DNA from: Heterodontus francisci
Lineage: Eukaryota
DNA length: 64,000 bases
Reading direction: 5' to 3'
Assembly: GCF_036365525.1 (NCBI RefSeq)
Contig: NC_090399.1
Span: 15,313,558-15,377,557, forward strand
Shown here: one piece after another, positions 63,801-64,000 of the stretch
Position numbering within the stretch: position 1 is the stretch's first letter
Layout: each line of letters starts with the position of its first letter
Notes under the pieces: model-generated
The model's database searches: none
What the model saw: only the letters and a program-made list of their open reading frames with translations
Told to the model about the DNA's origin: nothing
Position numbers and translations under genes: made by a program

Positions 63801-64000
63801 TTTGGAAAGGGTGCAGAGGAGATTTACTAGGATGTTGCCTGGTATGGAGGGAAGGTCTTACGAGGAAAGTCTGAGGGACTTGAGGTTGTTTTCGTTAGAG
63901 AGAAGAAGGAGAGGTGACTTAATAGAGACATATAAGATAATCAGAGGGTTAGATAGGGTGGATAGTGAGAGTCTTTTTCCTCGGATGGTGATGGCAAACA
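60810..64000 (+). mobile_element. young 5'-truncated CR1 LINE (end of ORF1 and most of ORF2), running off the window
   Basis: ORF1 CCLPGARVRDV..IGTND. ORF2 61590-63188 (YRPP, GDFN, SDHN, NYRPVSL, DFSKAFDKVPH), continuing with FADD. Confidence 0.97.

Noticed and set aside
1-64000. Prokaryotic systems (CRISPR arrays, retrons, operons)
   Set aside because: The sequence is spliced vertebrate DNA, all RT ORFs belong to non-LTR retrotransposons, and no repeat-spacer array was seen.

Overview
Eukaryotic genomic DNA, almost certainly from a cartilaginous fish, judged from the shark-type CR1 LINEs, a tRNA-derived HE1-like SINE sharing the CR1 tail, and Tx1, L2, RTE and Penelope remnants. Most of the window is retroelement debris, and nearly all long ORFs in the track belong to it. 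One intact host gene can be assembled by hand on the + strand: a 7-coding-exon, 234-aa type I membrane receptor (ATG 16874 to stop 29985). It has a signal peptide, a single germline-joined VJ-type Ig domain resembling NKp30/NCR3, an uncharged TM, and a Tyr-bearing tail built from micro-exons. The unique DNA between the transposons also contains several decayed Ig-superfamily exons that the ORF track does not show: a leader-VJ-C1 relic (50839 to 49520, -), a separate C1 exon relic (53603 to 53299, -), an NKp30-like V relic with a possible TM relic (59674 to 56465, -), and leader+V relics near 3.2-4.6 kb and 16.2-16.7 kb. Together these suggest a birth-and-death cluster of non-rearranging antigen-receptor-like genes. 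Also notable are a ~3.3-kb single-ORF LINE with a tRNA-like Pol III head and a short structured repeat present in two copies. All calls come from manual reading and translation; no database searches were run, and TE boundaries are approximate.
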